Of a stretch of DNA of 64,000 nt, positions 42,744 through 53,035 are shown one piece after another. The stretch covers positions 160,001 to 224,000 of the forward strand of contig OZ242195.1 of the NCBI GenBank assembly GCA_965205975.1, given 5' to 3'. Numbering within the stretch: the first letter of the stretch is position 1; each line of letters begins with the position of its first letter. The notes below the pieces were generated by a model. It had not been told where the DNA came from, made no database searches, and saw nothing but the letters and a program-made list of their open reading frames with translations. This stretch comes from Candidatus Latescibacterota bacterium (GTDB taxonomy: Bacteria > Latescibacterota > UBA2968). The translations under genes were made by a program, and so were the position numbers.

Positions 42744-44285
42744 ATGAAAACGGAAATCATTATCAATGTCGCGTCACACGAGTCGAGAATTGCCATTCTC
42801 GAAGATGGTCGGCTTGCAGAAATTCTCGTTGAACGCGCTGAAAAAGAACGCATGGTTGGCGATATTTACCAGGGGGTTGTAACCGCTGTTTTGCCTGGCT
42901 TACAGGCAGGTTTTGTCGATATAGGACAGGAAAAAGCGGCTTTTTTACACGTTTCTGATATGCCTGGCTCGCCCGGCTCAATGGTCGAACTCGATTCGGA
43001 AATTCTCGAGGATATCCGGGATCAGACCAATGGGCAGGGCAAATTCTCTATTGATGAGCTGTTGCACAAAGGCCAGGAGATCATTGTGCAGATTAAAAAA
43101 GAGTCCATCAATACAAAAGGACCGCGCATTACTGCCGTGCCATCACTCGCCGGTCGGTTTATGGTGCTGGTACCCGATGGCGATAAAGTGGGGGTGTCGC
43201 GCAAAATTACCAATTGGCGCGAAAAGCGGCGTCTTCGGGATATCGGGGGCAATATCAAGCCCGAGGGTTTTGGCCTTATTGTGCGTACCGAAGCCCGTGG
43301 CAAGGGCGAGCGGGAACTCAGGCGCGATCTCAAGCAGCTTTTGACAACGTGGAGACGAATTCAGAAACAAGGGATGAAAAATAGTGGTCCCAAATTGCTG
43401 CACAAAGAAGTGGGCATGACATCTGGCCTTATCCGCGATTTGTTCACGGAGGATGTTCATCGTCTCGTCGTTGATTCGAAACGCGAATACAAGGAAATCC
43501 AGGCATATCTCAAAGGGGTCTCGCCAGAGTTGCGCCAGACTGTCGAATACTACGGCGATACGCGACCAATTTTTGACGCTTTTGGCATTGAAGCCGAAAT
43601 TGAAAAATTCACCGAACGCAAAATCTGGTTCAGGGGTGGTGGTTATCTGGTTATTGATCCGACAGAAGCGCTGGTTGCCATCGATGTCAACAGTGGGCGC
43701 AGCGTGGGTAAAGGACGCGCCAAACAGGATGAGACCGTGCTTAAGACCAATTTGGAAGCCGCTCGAGAAGTTGCTCGTCAACTTCGCTTACGCGATATGG
43801 GCGGGCTTGTGGTTGTCGATTTTATCGATATGGACCATGCGCGAGACCGCAAGCGCGTTGAAGAAGAAATGCGTCAGGCTATTCGCCGCGACCGGTCCAG
43901 GATCCGGTATTCGCGCATTACACAGTTTGGTCTAATGGAGATGACCCGCCAGCGGGTGCGTCCCAGTTTGATGTCCACTTATTCTGCGCCCTGTCCGCAA
44001 TGCCATGGTACGGGTCATATCCCGAGCCAGGAAACCGTGCTGTCGCGCATCGAACGCTGGCTCAAACGATCTCGCGCAGCCGCGCTCGAACGACGTCTCA
44101 CTGTGCAGGTTCACCCCACGCTCGGGTTTTATTTGCTCGAGAATCGCAGAGAACGCCTCAAAGCCATTCGCAAATCTACCCGGGTTTGGCTCGATGTTGA
44201 ATCGGCTCCGGATTTGCGCGAAGAAGATTATCGCGTTTTTTCTCGGAAGCGAAAGATCGATGTGACAAATGAAGTTCAAACTTGA
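42744..44285 (+). CDS. Rne/Rng family ribonuclease (RNase G-sized)
   Basis: S1 domain GDIY.G.V..VLPG.QA.FVD, AIDVNSG, RQLRLRD.GG..V.DFIDM, CPQC.G.G. Confidence 0.93.
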   Translation: MKTEIIINVASHESRIAILEDGRLAEILVERAEKERMVGDIYQGVVTAVLPGLQAGFVDIGQEKAAFLHVSDMPGSPGSMVELDSEILEDIRDQTNGQGKFSIDELLHKGQEIIVQIKKESINTKGPRITAVPSLAGRFMVLVPDGDKVGVSRKITNWREKRRLRDIGGNIKPEGFGLIVRTEARGKGERELRRDLKQLLTTWRRIQKQGMKNSGPKLLHKEVGMTSGLIRDLFTEDVHRLVVDSKREYKEIQAYLKGVSPELRQTVEYYGDTRPIFDAFGIEAEIEKFTERKIWFRGGGYLVIDPTEALVAIDVNSGRSVGKGRAKQDETVLKTNLEAAREVARQLRLRDMGGLVVVDFIDMDHARDRKRVEEEMRQAIRRDRSRIRYSRITQFGLMEMTRQRVRPSLMSTYSAPCPQCHGTGHIPSQETVLSRIERWLKRSRAAALERRLTVQVHPTLGFYLLENRRERLKAIRKSTRVWLDVESAPDLREEDYRVFSRKRKIDVTNEVQT

Positions 44286-44310
44286 CATAAAGTGATACTT
44301 CGGATACATT
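44282..44310 (+). promoter_or_regulatory. Sigma70-type promoter of rplU-rpmA
   Basis: TTGACA-17 bp-TACATT. Confidence 0.7.
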
Positions 44311-44422
44311 CTGTGTTCTTTGATTTCCCGGCCACACCGGGTCGGGAAGTCTGTTTGTAAATGGCAAATGTGGGGCTGGGGACTGGAGGTTGAGGACTGG
44401 GACAGTTTCTGGAGGTTTAAAT

Positions 44423-44734
44423 ATGTATGCAGTAGTCGATATCGCTGGCAGCCAATATAAGGTGGAAGCGGGCGATAATATCCGCGTTGCTCGGCTCGAT
44501 GCCGAGGAGGGGGATTCACTTACTTTGCCCGATGTGTTGCTCGTAGGTGGCAGCGATGAAATCAAAGTGGGCACGCCCCAGGTTGAAGGGGCTGTTGTCG
44601 AAGCTCTTGTCAAAGGACATGGTCGCGCAGATAAAATTACGGTTTTTAAGATGAAGCGCCGAAAAAATTATCGCCGAAAAAATGGGCATCGGCAATCTTA
44701 TACCGAACTTCAGATTGAAAAAATTGTAGCGTGA
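44423..44734 (+). CDS. rplU: 50S ribosomal protein L21
   Basis: MYAVV...GSQYKV, KRRKNYRRKNGHRQ. GGAGG RBS. Confidence 0.97.
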   Translation: MYAVVDIAGSQYKVEAGDNIRVARLDAEEGDSLTLPDVLLVGGSDEIKVGTPQVEGAVVEALVKGHGRADKITVFKMKRRKNYRRKNGHRQSYTELQIEKIVA

Positions 44735-44758
44735 GAGCTAAAATCAAGGAGGCTTTTC

Positions 44759-45947
<1,189 letters not shown>

Positions 45948-46032
45948 AATAGAATTATGATTGTCATTGCGGCATGATTTTGAGCCGCAATCCAGTGGTT
46001 TTGAGCCGCCATACGCGTATAGCGGTTCCTGA

Positions 46033-46079
46033 GTCAGCCCGTTCAATCTCCCCAATAGAAGGGTAGTTGGACGGGCTGA
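46033..46079. repeat. Hairpin related to those at 59863 and 61962
   Basis: TCAGCCCGTTCAA...TTGGACGGGCTGA. Confidence 0.6.
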
Positions 46080-46113
46080 TTATCTTATGTGTAAAAAATG
46101 GGAGGACGGTCAA

Positions 46114-48249
46114 ATGCAAGATAGCCAGGTCAATCGCATTCCCAGATTTATATGGGGCATTGCCGACGATGTGTTGCGCGACCTGTACGTGCGGGGCAAG
46201 TACCGCGATATTATTCTGCCGATGACGGTGATTCGGCGGCTGGATGCGGCGCTTGAGCCGACCAAGCAAGCTGTTCTCGCTATGCGAACCAGACTCGACG
46301 AGGATGGCGTGATTGAACAGGAAGCCGCTTTGAAGCAGGCCGCCGGGCACGCTTTTTACAATGCTTCGCCATTCACGTTGCGCGATCTTCGCGCCCGCGC
46401 CAACCGGCAGCAACTTCGGGCTGATTTTGAGGCGTACCTGGATGGGTTTTCGGCCAATGTGCAGGATATTTTGAAGAATTTTGAGTTTCGCAACCAGATT
46501 CCGCGTTTGTCCGATGCCGATGCGCTCGGCGCGCTGATTGAAAAATTTCTGTCGCCGGATATCAATTTAAGTCCCTATCCGGTGGAGAATGGCGATGGCT
46601 CTGTGCGGTTTTCCGGTCTGGACAATCACGCAATGGGTACGATTTTCGAGGAATTGGTGCGGCGATTTAACGAAGAGAATAACGAGGAGGCTGGCGAGCA
46701 CTGGACGCCGCGCGACGCGGTCAAGTTGATGGCGAATCTCATTTTTCTACCGGTTGCTGACGAGATTGAGTCGAGTACCTATTTGCTCTACGATGGTGCT
46801 TGCGGCACGGGTGGCATGCTGACTGTCGCAGAGGAGACGCTTCGAGATCTCGCCCAGGAGCGTGACAAGCAGGTTTCCACGCATCTTTACGGTCAGGAGA
46901 TCAATGCCGAGACCTATGCGATTTGCAAGGCGGACCTGTTGCTGAAGGGCGAGGGCAGCGCGGCGGATAATATTGTCGGGGGACCGGAGTATTCGACGCT
47001 TTCCAATGATGCTTTTCCATCCCACAAGTTTGACTTTATGCTGAGTAATCCGCCTTATGGCAAGAGTTGGAAGAACGATCTGGCACGCCTGGGTGGCAAG
47101 AGCGGCTTATCTGATCCGCGATTTCTTATTGCTCATGACGGCGATGCGGAGTATTCCCTGCTCACCCGCTCCAGCGATGGGCAGATGCTGTTCCTCGCCA
47201 ATCTGCTTTCCAAGATGAAGCGCGATACCACGCTGGGTAGCCGCATTGCCGAGGTTCACAATGGGAGTTCTTTGTTCACGGGCGATGCCGGGCAGGGGGA
47301 GAGCAATATCCGCCGCTGGATTATCGAAAACGACTATCTGGAGGCGATTGTCGCGCTGCCGCTTAATATGTTCTACAATACCGGTATCGCTACGTACATC
47401 TGGGTGTTGACCAATCGCAAGCCAGCGCACCGGCAGGGCAAGGTGCAACTCATCGATGCGACCGAGTGGTATAATCCCTTGCGTAAGAATCTGGGTGCCA
47501 AGAACTGCGAGTTGTCCAATGACGACATCCGCCGCATCTGCGACGCTTTTCTGGCGTTTGAGGAGACGGAGCAGTCGAAGATTTTTCCCAATAAAGCATT
47601 CGGATACTATAAGGTGACGGTTGAGCGACCACTGCGGCTCGCTGTGGATTTGTCGCCAGAGCAACGGACGCGATTTCGGGATGCCTGTCGAGAAGCAGAT
47701 GAAGAGCCGCTCGCCGATGTGGTTGATCGGATGGCGGAGACTATCGGTAATGGTCTCCATCTCGATTTCAACAGTTTCATGGATGTAGTTGCAGCAGAGG
47801 CGTCTGAACAGGGCGTCAAGCTGATCGCCAAACGAAAAAAGCTGTTGCAAACGTCGCTGGCATTTCGGGACGAAGCCGCCGAACCTGTGATTAAAAGGGT
47901 CCACAAATTGGGCAATAGGGAGCCAGATCCGATTCGCGGTCCGGTAGAGGCGACTGTGAACGGCCAGTGCGTTATCGTCGAATATGAGCCAGACAGCGAG
48001 TTGCGCGATACCGAACAGGTGCTCCTGCTTGAAGAGGGCGGTATTGAGGGTTTCTTGAGACGCGAGGTGCTGCCCTACTCTCCCGACGCCTGGTACGTCC
48101 CGACGAGTGTTAAAATCGGCTATGAGATCAGCTTTACTCGCCATTTCTACAAGCCACAACCCATGCGTTCACGAGAAGAAATCCGCGCTGATATAATGGC
48201 GTTAGAGCGAGAGAGTGAAGGGGTGTTGGCGGAGATTATGGGGGAGTAA
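46114..48249 (+). CDS. hsdM: Type I RM methyltransferase subunit (m6A)
   Basis: IWGIADDVLRD, EAGEHWTPR, YDGACGTGGM, NPPY, IGYEISFTRHFY. GGAGG RBS. Confidence 0.95.
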   Translation: MQDSQVNRIPRFIWGIADDVLRDLYVRGKYRDIILPMTVIRRLDAALEPTKQAVLAMRTRLDEDGVIEQEAALKQAAGHAFYNASPFTLRDLRARANRQQLRADFEAYLDGFSANVQDILKNFEFRNQIPRLSDADALGALIEKFLSPDINLSPYPVENGDGSVRFSGLDNHAMGTIFEELVRRFNEENNEEAGEHWTPRDAVKLMANLIFLPVADEIESSTYLLYDGACGTGGMLTVAEETLRDLAQERDKQVSTHLYGQEINAETYAICKADLLLKGEGSAADNIVGGPEYSTLSNDAFPSHKFDFMLSNPPYGKSWKNDLARLGGKSGLSDPRFLIAHDGDAEYSLLTRSSDGQMLFLANLLSKMKRDTTLGSRIAEVHNGSSLFTGDAGQGESNIRRWIIENDYLEAIVALPLNMFYNTGIATYIWVLTNRKPAHRQGKVQLIDATEWYNPLRKNLGAKNCELSNDDIRRICDAFLAFEETEQSKIFPNKAFGYYKVTVERPLRLAVDLSPEQRTRFRDACREADEEPLADVVDRMAETIGNGLHLDFNSFMDVVAAEASEQGVKLIAKRKKLLQTSLAFRDEAAEPVIKRVHKLGNREPDPIRGPVEATVNGQCVIVEYEPDSELRDTEQVLLLEEGGIEGFLRREVLPYSPDAWYVPTSVKIGYEISFTRHFYKPQPMRSREEIRADIMALERESEGVLAEIMGE

Positions 48250-48263
48250 ATACCGTGCCAACC

Positions 48264-48292
48264 TTGAAGATATGACTAAAGTTAGCTATACT
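48264..48292 (+). promoter_or_regulatory. Sigma70 promoter, copy 1 of promoter type P1
   Basis: TTGAAG-17 bp-TATACT, with a near-identical copy at 59907. Confidence 0.7.
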
Positions 48293-48408
48293 AAATATGC
48301 CAATTGGTAATCGTCACGCCTGCATGCCTGAAGCAGGCGTCTAGGATGGGTGGTGTTTTAACTCTTAGGGAGTGAAACGCGCTACCGAAATCCGAGGGTG
48401 AGAGGACA

Positions 48409-48711
48409 ATGAAATCTTTAGATGACCATATTGAGATTACCCCCGGTATATGCAGCGGAAAGCCTCGTATTGCTGGCCGTCGCATTACCGTGGCACACAT
48501 CGCCATCTGGCATGAACGCCTGGGCAAATGTGCAGATGAAATCGCCACAGAATACGATTTGACACTGGCCGATGTGTATGCAGCATTGGCCTACTATTTT
48601 GATCACCGCGAGGAGATTGACCAATCGATTCAAGAGGGTGAAGAATTTGTGAAGGCCTTCCGCCAACAGACCTTCTCAAAGCTGGCTGAAAAGCTGCAAG
48701 AAAAGAGATAA
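48409..48711 (+). CDS. DUF433-domain protein (putative antitoxin)
   Basis: ITPGICSGKPRIAGRRITV...LTLADVYAALAYY.DH. Confidence 0.88.
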   Translation: MKSLDDHIEITPGICSGKPRIAGRRITVAHIAIWHERLGKCADEIATEYDLTLADVYAALAYYFDHREEIDQSIQEGEEFVKAFRQQTFSKLAEKLQEKR

Positions 48712-48712
48712 T

Positions 48713-48783
48713 GTGGCGAAGATTAAGTTCTACACGGATGAGCATATCTCAAACGCTGTGGGGATGGGCTTCGTCGAAGAGGC
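48713..48783 (+). pseudogene. Truncated and frameshifted DUF5615 (PIN-like) toxin remnant
   Basis: GTG-AKIKFYTDEHISNAV, then after a 1-nt shift DGLRRRG. Follows the DUF433 gene directly. Confidence 0.65.
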
Positions 48784-48791
48784 GAGGATTT

Positions 48792-49343
48792 ATGAGCGAT
48801 AATTCAATTATATCAGTAAGAAATGGGGTAATATCCGCAGTATTAGCAGGTATTATTTTGATGATAGTTCCTGCCGTCAGAGAGCATGCTGTCAGATTTC
48901 TCACATGGCTATGGCTTGGTGTGCTATGGTGTTGGGATGCTTTTATATCATCGTATTCTCTTCCTGGTTGGGCTTGGAGCATCGTTTTTCTATTCGCCAT
49001 TGTCGGAGTCATAACTATCTTTCAAGCCTTAAGGCCCGTTGAAAAACCTGATTATGTATTATATGTCGAAGACGACATACGTGGGGCAAAATGGCGTTGG
49101 AGATGGATCGGAAATCGCTTATTTAATTTGTGGTGTTATTGCCCTGATTGTGATGCAGTTCTTGTTTACCATTATGACTCAATACTTGGTGAAACTCGCT
49201 TTTTATGCGAAAATTGCGGTCACTCTGTTGTAGCTATTATTAAAGGAGGAGACAAAGATTATGCGATTAGAGCGGTTGAGCGTGAAATTGATAGAAGGAT
49301 TAGGACAGGCGAGTACAAGAGGCAACTGAATAACAGCAATTAA
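48792..49343 (+). CDS. Hypothetical membrane protein with a C-terminal zinc ribbon
   Basis: Two to three hydrophobic helices, then CPDC...CENC. AT-rich coding. ATG at 48792 preferred over 48711. Confidence 0.7.
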   Translation: MSDNSIISVRNGVISAVLAGIILMIVPAVREHAVRFLTWLWLGVLWCWDAFISSYSLPGWAWSIVFLFAIVGVITIFQALRPVEKPDYVLYVEDDIRGAKWRWRWIGNRLFNLWCYCPDCDAVLVYHYDSILGETRFLCENCGHSVVAIIKGGDKDYAIRAVEREIDRRIRTGEYKRQLNNSN

Positions 49344-49356
49344 TTTAAGAATATAC

Positions 49357-50685
49357 ATGACTACCCATCTCAAATCCTATCCTGACTACAAGCCCTCTGG
49401 CGTCGAGTGGCTCGGTGATGTGCCTGCCCATTGGGAGGTGAGGCGGCTACGGTCTCTTACTAACATCACAACAGGTGGACAGGACACAATCAATCAACAA
49501 GACGATGGCAAGTATCCTTTTTTCGTACGGTCTCAGACTGTTGAGAAAATAGACACTTGGTCTTTCGATGGTGAAGCAGTTTTGACAGCCGGAGATGGAG
49601 TGGGTGTTGGGAAGGTATTCCATTATATCAACGGAAAGTTCGATTATCATCAACGTGTGTACAAGTTCAGTGATTTTAGTGCCGTTTCGGGAAAGTTTTT
49701 TTTTCACTACTTTAGGGCACTACTTCGCTTTGAAGTGTTGCAGGGGACTGCGAAATCCACGGTAGATTCCTTGAGACTCCCAATGTTGCAGAACTTTCCT
49801 GTAGCTCTCCCACCCCTCTCCGAACAAACAGCCATCGTCCGCTATCTCGACCAGGCCGACGAGCGCATTCGCCGCTACGTCAGAAACAGGGAGCGGCTCA
49901 TCGAACTGTTGGAGGAATATCGACAGGCTATCATCCACCACGCGGTCACGCGCGGCCTTGATCCCGATGTGCGCCTCATGCCCACTGGCGTCGAGTGGCT
50001 TGGAGATGTGCCAGCGCATTGGGAAGTGAGGCGGTTGCAACACGTTGTCACTATGAAAGTGAGTAACGTCGATAAGCATATCAAAGAGGGCGAACTTCCT
50101 GTTCGACTTTGCAATTATGTTGACGTTTATAAGAACGACCGTATTACTGAGAGCGTGTCGTTTATGCGGGCCACCGCTACTACGGACGAAATTGAGCGTT
50201 TTCGGTTAGAATCTGGAGATGTTTTGATTACGAAAGATTCGGAAGTATGGAACGACATCGGGGTGCCTGCATTAGTCGAATATTCAGCAAGAGACTTGGT
50301 TTGCGGTTACCATTTGGCCCTGCTGCGTCCAATTAAGGCTGTGTTAAACGGTGCTTATCTCTTTCGTTCTCTACAAAGTTCGACCATTGCTTATCAGTTC
50401 CACATATCAGCCAACGGAGTAACTCGTTACGGACTGTCGCGTGGTGGAATTAAATCTGCTTTGTTGCCTATCCCCCCTCTCTCTGAGCAAGCTGCTATCG
50501 TCGCATATCTCGATAAGGCGACTGCCGAAATTGACGTCGCTATTGATCGCGCTCGGCGAGAAATTGAGTTGCTGGGCGAATACCGCACGCGGTTGATTGC
50601 CGATGTGGTTACGGGCAAAGTAGATGTGCGCGAAGCAGCGGTCGGTCTGTCCGATGATGGGGATGTATCGTCGCTTGATTTTTGA
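49357..50685 (+). CDS. hsdS: Type I RM specificity subunit
   Basis: Two TRDs, each preceded by (S/T)GVEWLGDVPAHWEVRRL. PPLSEQ.AIV.YLD conserved helices. EYR..LI...VTGK. Confidence 0.95.
   Translation: MTTHLKSYPDYKPSGVEWLGDVPAHWEVRRLRSLTNITTGGQDTINQQDDGKYPFFVRSQTVEKIDTWSFDGEAVLTAGDGVGVGKVFHYINGKFDYHQRVYKFSDFSAVSGKFFFHYFRALLRFEVLQGTAKSTVDSLRLPMLQNFPVALPPLSEQTAIVRYLDQADERIRRYVRNRERLIELLEEYRQAIIHHAVTRGLDPDVRLMPTGVEWLGDVPAHWEVRRLQHVVTMKVSNVDKHIKEGELPVRLCNYVDVYKNDRITESVSFMRATATTDEIERFRLESGDVLITKDSEVWNDIGVPALVEYSARDLVCGYHLALLRPIKAVLNGAYLFRSLQSSTIAYQFHISANGVTRYGLSRGGIKSALLPIPPLSEQAAIVAYLDKATAEIDVAIDRARREIELLGEYRTRLIADVVTGKVDVREAAVGLSDDGDVSSLDF
49397..50034 (+). repeat. Conserved ~50-bp direct repeats preceding each HsdS TRD (49397-49446 and 49985-50034)
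   Basis: CTGGCGTCGAGTGGCT.GG.GATGTGCC.GC.CATTGGGA.GTGAGGCGG occurs twice. Confidence 0.85.
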
Positions 50686-50692
50686 CGAAATT

Positions 50693-50742
50693 GAGCGCGT
50701 TTGACGCCTGTTGCACAGTGTCCCGATATTGGATATATACTC
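50693..50742 (+). promoter_or_regulatory. Sigma70 promoter, copy 1 of promoter type P2
   Basis: GAGCGCGTTTGACGCCTGTTGCAC...GATATTGGATATATACT, with a near-identical copy at 55076-55122. Confidence 0.65.
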
Positions 50743-50764
50743 ATCGAAACGGAGTATGCTAAAC

Positions 50765-52261
50765 ATGACCAACAACCGAGATCATGATTATCTCCTTGGC
50801 TTGGTACGAGAATTGTGCAACCTGCCGCATGAGACCGATTGGGTTGAGTTCAAAGTCAACTATCGTAAGCCACACACCATCGGGGAGTACATCTCTGCGC
50901 TTGCTAATGCAGCGGCTCTCCATGGCAAAGCCCACGCGTACATGCTTTGGGGAGTAGAGAACGGAACGCATGTCGTTGCTGGTACAAAATTTTCGCCAGC
51001 GACCGCGAAAAAGGGCAACGAGCCGCTTGAGACTTGGCTGTTGCGACTTCTAAACCCCCGCATCGACTTTCGTTTTCACGAAGTTATGGTTGATGACCTT
51101 CGCGTCGTTCTCTTAGAGATTGAACGTGCGTCACGGCATCCGGTCGCGTTCAATGGCATCGAGTACATCCGAGTGGGTAGTACTAAGAGAAAGCTCAAAG
51201 ACTATCCCGAAAAGGAACGGACACTTTGGCGTGTGTTTGATCGGGTGAGCTTTGAAGAAGGCATCGCCAACGAACGCCTGAGCAGCGAGGACATTTTGCT
51301 CCTGCTTGACTATCCAAAGTACTTCGATCTGCTCAATGTACCACTGCCCGATGGTCGCGTAGCCATCCTTGACGCACTCCGGCGAGACCGACTGATTGCG
51401 CCCTGCGAGGCAGGCGGCTTCAATATCACAAACCTGGGGGCGATTCTCTTTGCGAAAAATCTTGGCGACTTTCCACGGCTGAAGCGCAAGGCCATTCGGA
51501 TTATCCAGTACGTCGGTACGGGACGCATTGAGACTTTGAGAGAATACGAAGACACAAAAGGCTATGCCGCTGGTTTTGATGAACTGATCGGTTATATTGA
51601 CGCGCAACTGCCAGCAAATGAAGTTATCGGACAAGCACTACGCAAGACGGTACGGGCATTTCCCGAGGTGGCGGTGCGAGAACTGGTGGCGAATGCGCTC
51701 ATCCATCAGGACTTTTTCGCAACGGGAGCCGGGCCTATGGTGGAGATATTTGAAGGCCGCATCGAGATTACGAATCCCGGCGAGCCGTTGGTGGATACTC
51801 AGCGTTTCCTCGATAGCCCTCCGACATCTCGCAATGAAGTACTCGCCTCGCTCATGCGTCGCTTTCAGATTTGTGAGGAGCGCGGCAGTGGGATCGACAA
51901 AGTCGCGATAGAGGTTGAGCGTTACCGGTTACCTGCCCCGCTTTTTGAAGTGCCAAAAGGTTTCACGCGCACTACCCTGTTTGCCCATAAGTCTTTGGTC
52001 GATATGAGTAAAGTAGAGCGGATGCGAGCATGCTACCTGCATGCTTGCCTACAATACGTGACTCGTCAGCGAATGACCAATGCGTCACTACGCGAACGCT
52101 TCGGGATTGCCGAAAAAAACGCTTCGATGGTTTCACGATTCCTCAATGAAACTATGGAAGCAAACCTTATCGTTGTGGCAGATCCCGACGCTGGCCCACG
52201 AAATCGTCACTATCTGCCCTTCTGGACGGCCCTTGAACCGAATGCAGGAGAAATGGTTTGA
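50765..52261 (+). CDS. Schlafen/AlbA_2 + HATPase_c_4 (RecG-C-like) + wHTH protein, copy 1
   Basis: HETDWVEFK, EYISALAN, WGV, RELVANALIHQD, ITNPG, SRNE, EERGSG, TNASLRERFG, YLPFW. Confidence 0.88.
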   Translation: MTNNRDHDYLLGLVRELCNLPHETDWVEFKVNYRKPHTIGEYISALANAAALHGKAHAYMLWGVENGTHVVAGTKFSPATAKKGNEPLETWLLRLLNPRIDFRFHEVMVDDLRVVLLEIERASRHPVAFNGIEYIRVGSTKRKLKDYPEKERTLWRVFDRVSFEEGIANERLSSEDILLLLDYPKYFDLLNVPLPDGRVAILDALRRDRLIAPCEAGGFNITNLGAILFAKNLGDFPRLKRKAIRIIQYVGTGRIETLREYEDTKGYAAGFDELIGYIDAQLPANEVIGQALRKTVRAFPEVAVRELVANALIHQDFFATGAGPMVEIFEGRIEITNPGEPLVDTQRFLDSPPTSRNEVLASLMRRFQICEERGSGIDKVAIEVERYRLPAPLFEVPKGFTRTTLFAHKSLVDMSKVERMRACYLHACLQYVTRQRMTNASLRERFGIAEKNASMVSRFLNETMEANLIVVADPDAGPRNRHYLPFWTALEPNAGEMV

Positions 52262-52428
52262 TGAATCTCCCAAAATGACCCAATGGAAGCTGTATAGAAT
52301 CATAAATGACCGGTTTTTTTCTTGATTGAAAGCCCTAAAATGACCCAATAGAAATATTTTAAAATCTCTAATTTATTTTTTTTCAAATACTTATGAGAAA
52401 TTATTTTTCTTGACTGTTATTTGATTGG
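52261..52428 (+). repeat. Intergenic module D: AAAATGACCCAAT direct repeat plus TTGACTGTTAT-TTGATTG 11-mer pair
   Basis: CC.AAAATGACCCAAT.GAA occurs twice (~52270 and ~52335). 11-mer pair at 52410-52427. Confidence 0.7.
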
Positions 52429-52454
52429 TCATAGAAATGAATCCGCGATGCAGT

Positions 52455-52658
52455 GAAGGGTTCGAGTCGCCATTTGGCCTGGAATTGCTCTCTACGGTGC
52501 ATTGGATCGCCAGCGAGGAGAAGATATTGGACTTTGACGACATCGTGAATCATACTTACGCCTGGAGCGAGAGAAAGAAGCAGTTTTCACAGCGTCAGAT
52601 TAAGATTGCATTTGATGTTTTGTCGGAGAAGAGTTGGATTGAGCATCCCGTAAGATGA
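52455..52658 (+). pseudogene. C-terminal fragment of a DarG-like antitoxin (macrodomain absent)
   Basis: EGFESPFGLELLSTVHW...WSERKKQFSQRQI..A...L.EK.W matches the DarG C-terminal pattern as I recall it. No upstream macrodomain or darT. Confidence 0.7.
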
Positions 52659-52694
52659 AGAACTATTTGCTCTTTTGGATCTGAGTTGCCATTC

Positions 52695-52727
52695 GGTAAT
52701 TGACGGGTAATTGATAGGTAATTGACG
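52695..52727 (+). repeat. Tandem 11-bp repeat GGTAATTGAYR x3
   Basis: GGTAATTGACG GGTAATTGATA GGTAATTGACG. Confidence 0.85.
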
Positions 52728-52800
52728 CAAAGCGGGCCGATAAGTTGTAAATTTCACTTAACTTATTTATTTTATTAAAATTATGTTAATTGATGGTCAT

Positions 52801-52970
52801 TTGCTTGATGGTTGTTTGACGGTTGTTTGATAGAAAACCCTAAAAATGACTCGACAGGGCAGGTTCAATTTTTTAACTTATTGTTATACAAACACTTACG
52901 GTTTTGAAATTTGCTTGATGGTTGTTTGATAGAAAACCAAACGATGACCGATACTACCGGGCGCGGTTTG
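52801..52970 (+). repeat. ~170-bp direct repeat, copy A
   Basis: 3x TTGAYGGTTGT-type 11-mers + AAAACC, central TAACTTATTGTTATACAAA, then 2x 11-mer + AAAACC. Aligns with 54918-55086. Confidence 0.9.
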
Positions 52971-53035
52971 GAAGTTTGTATCGGCGATATGAGGATGTAG
53001 AGCAGCCTGATTTTGACGAAAGCGAGCACGTTAAC

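Noticed and set aside
52970..53035. Possible 3' relic of another gene (YRRYEDVEQPDFDE) upstream of AlbA copy 2
   Set aside because: No confident family match. It may simply be untranslated leader.
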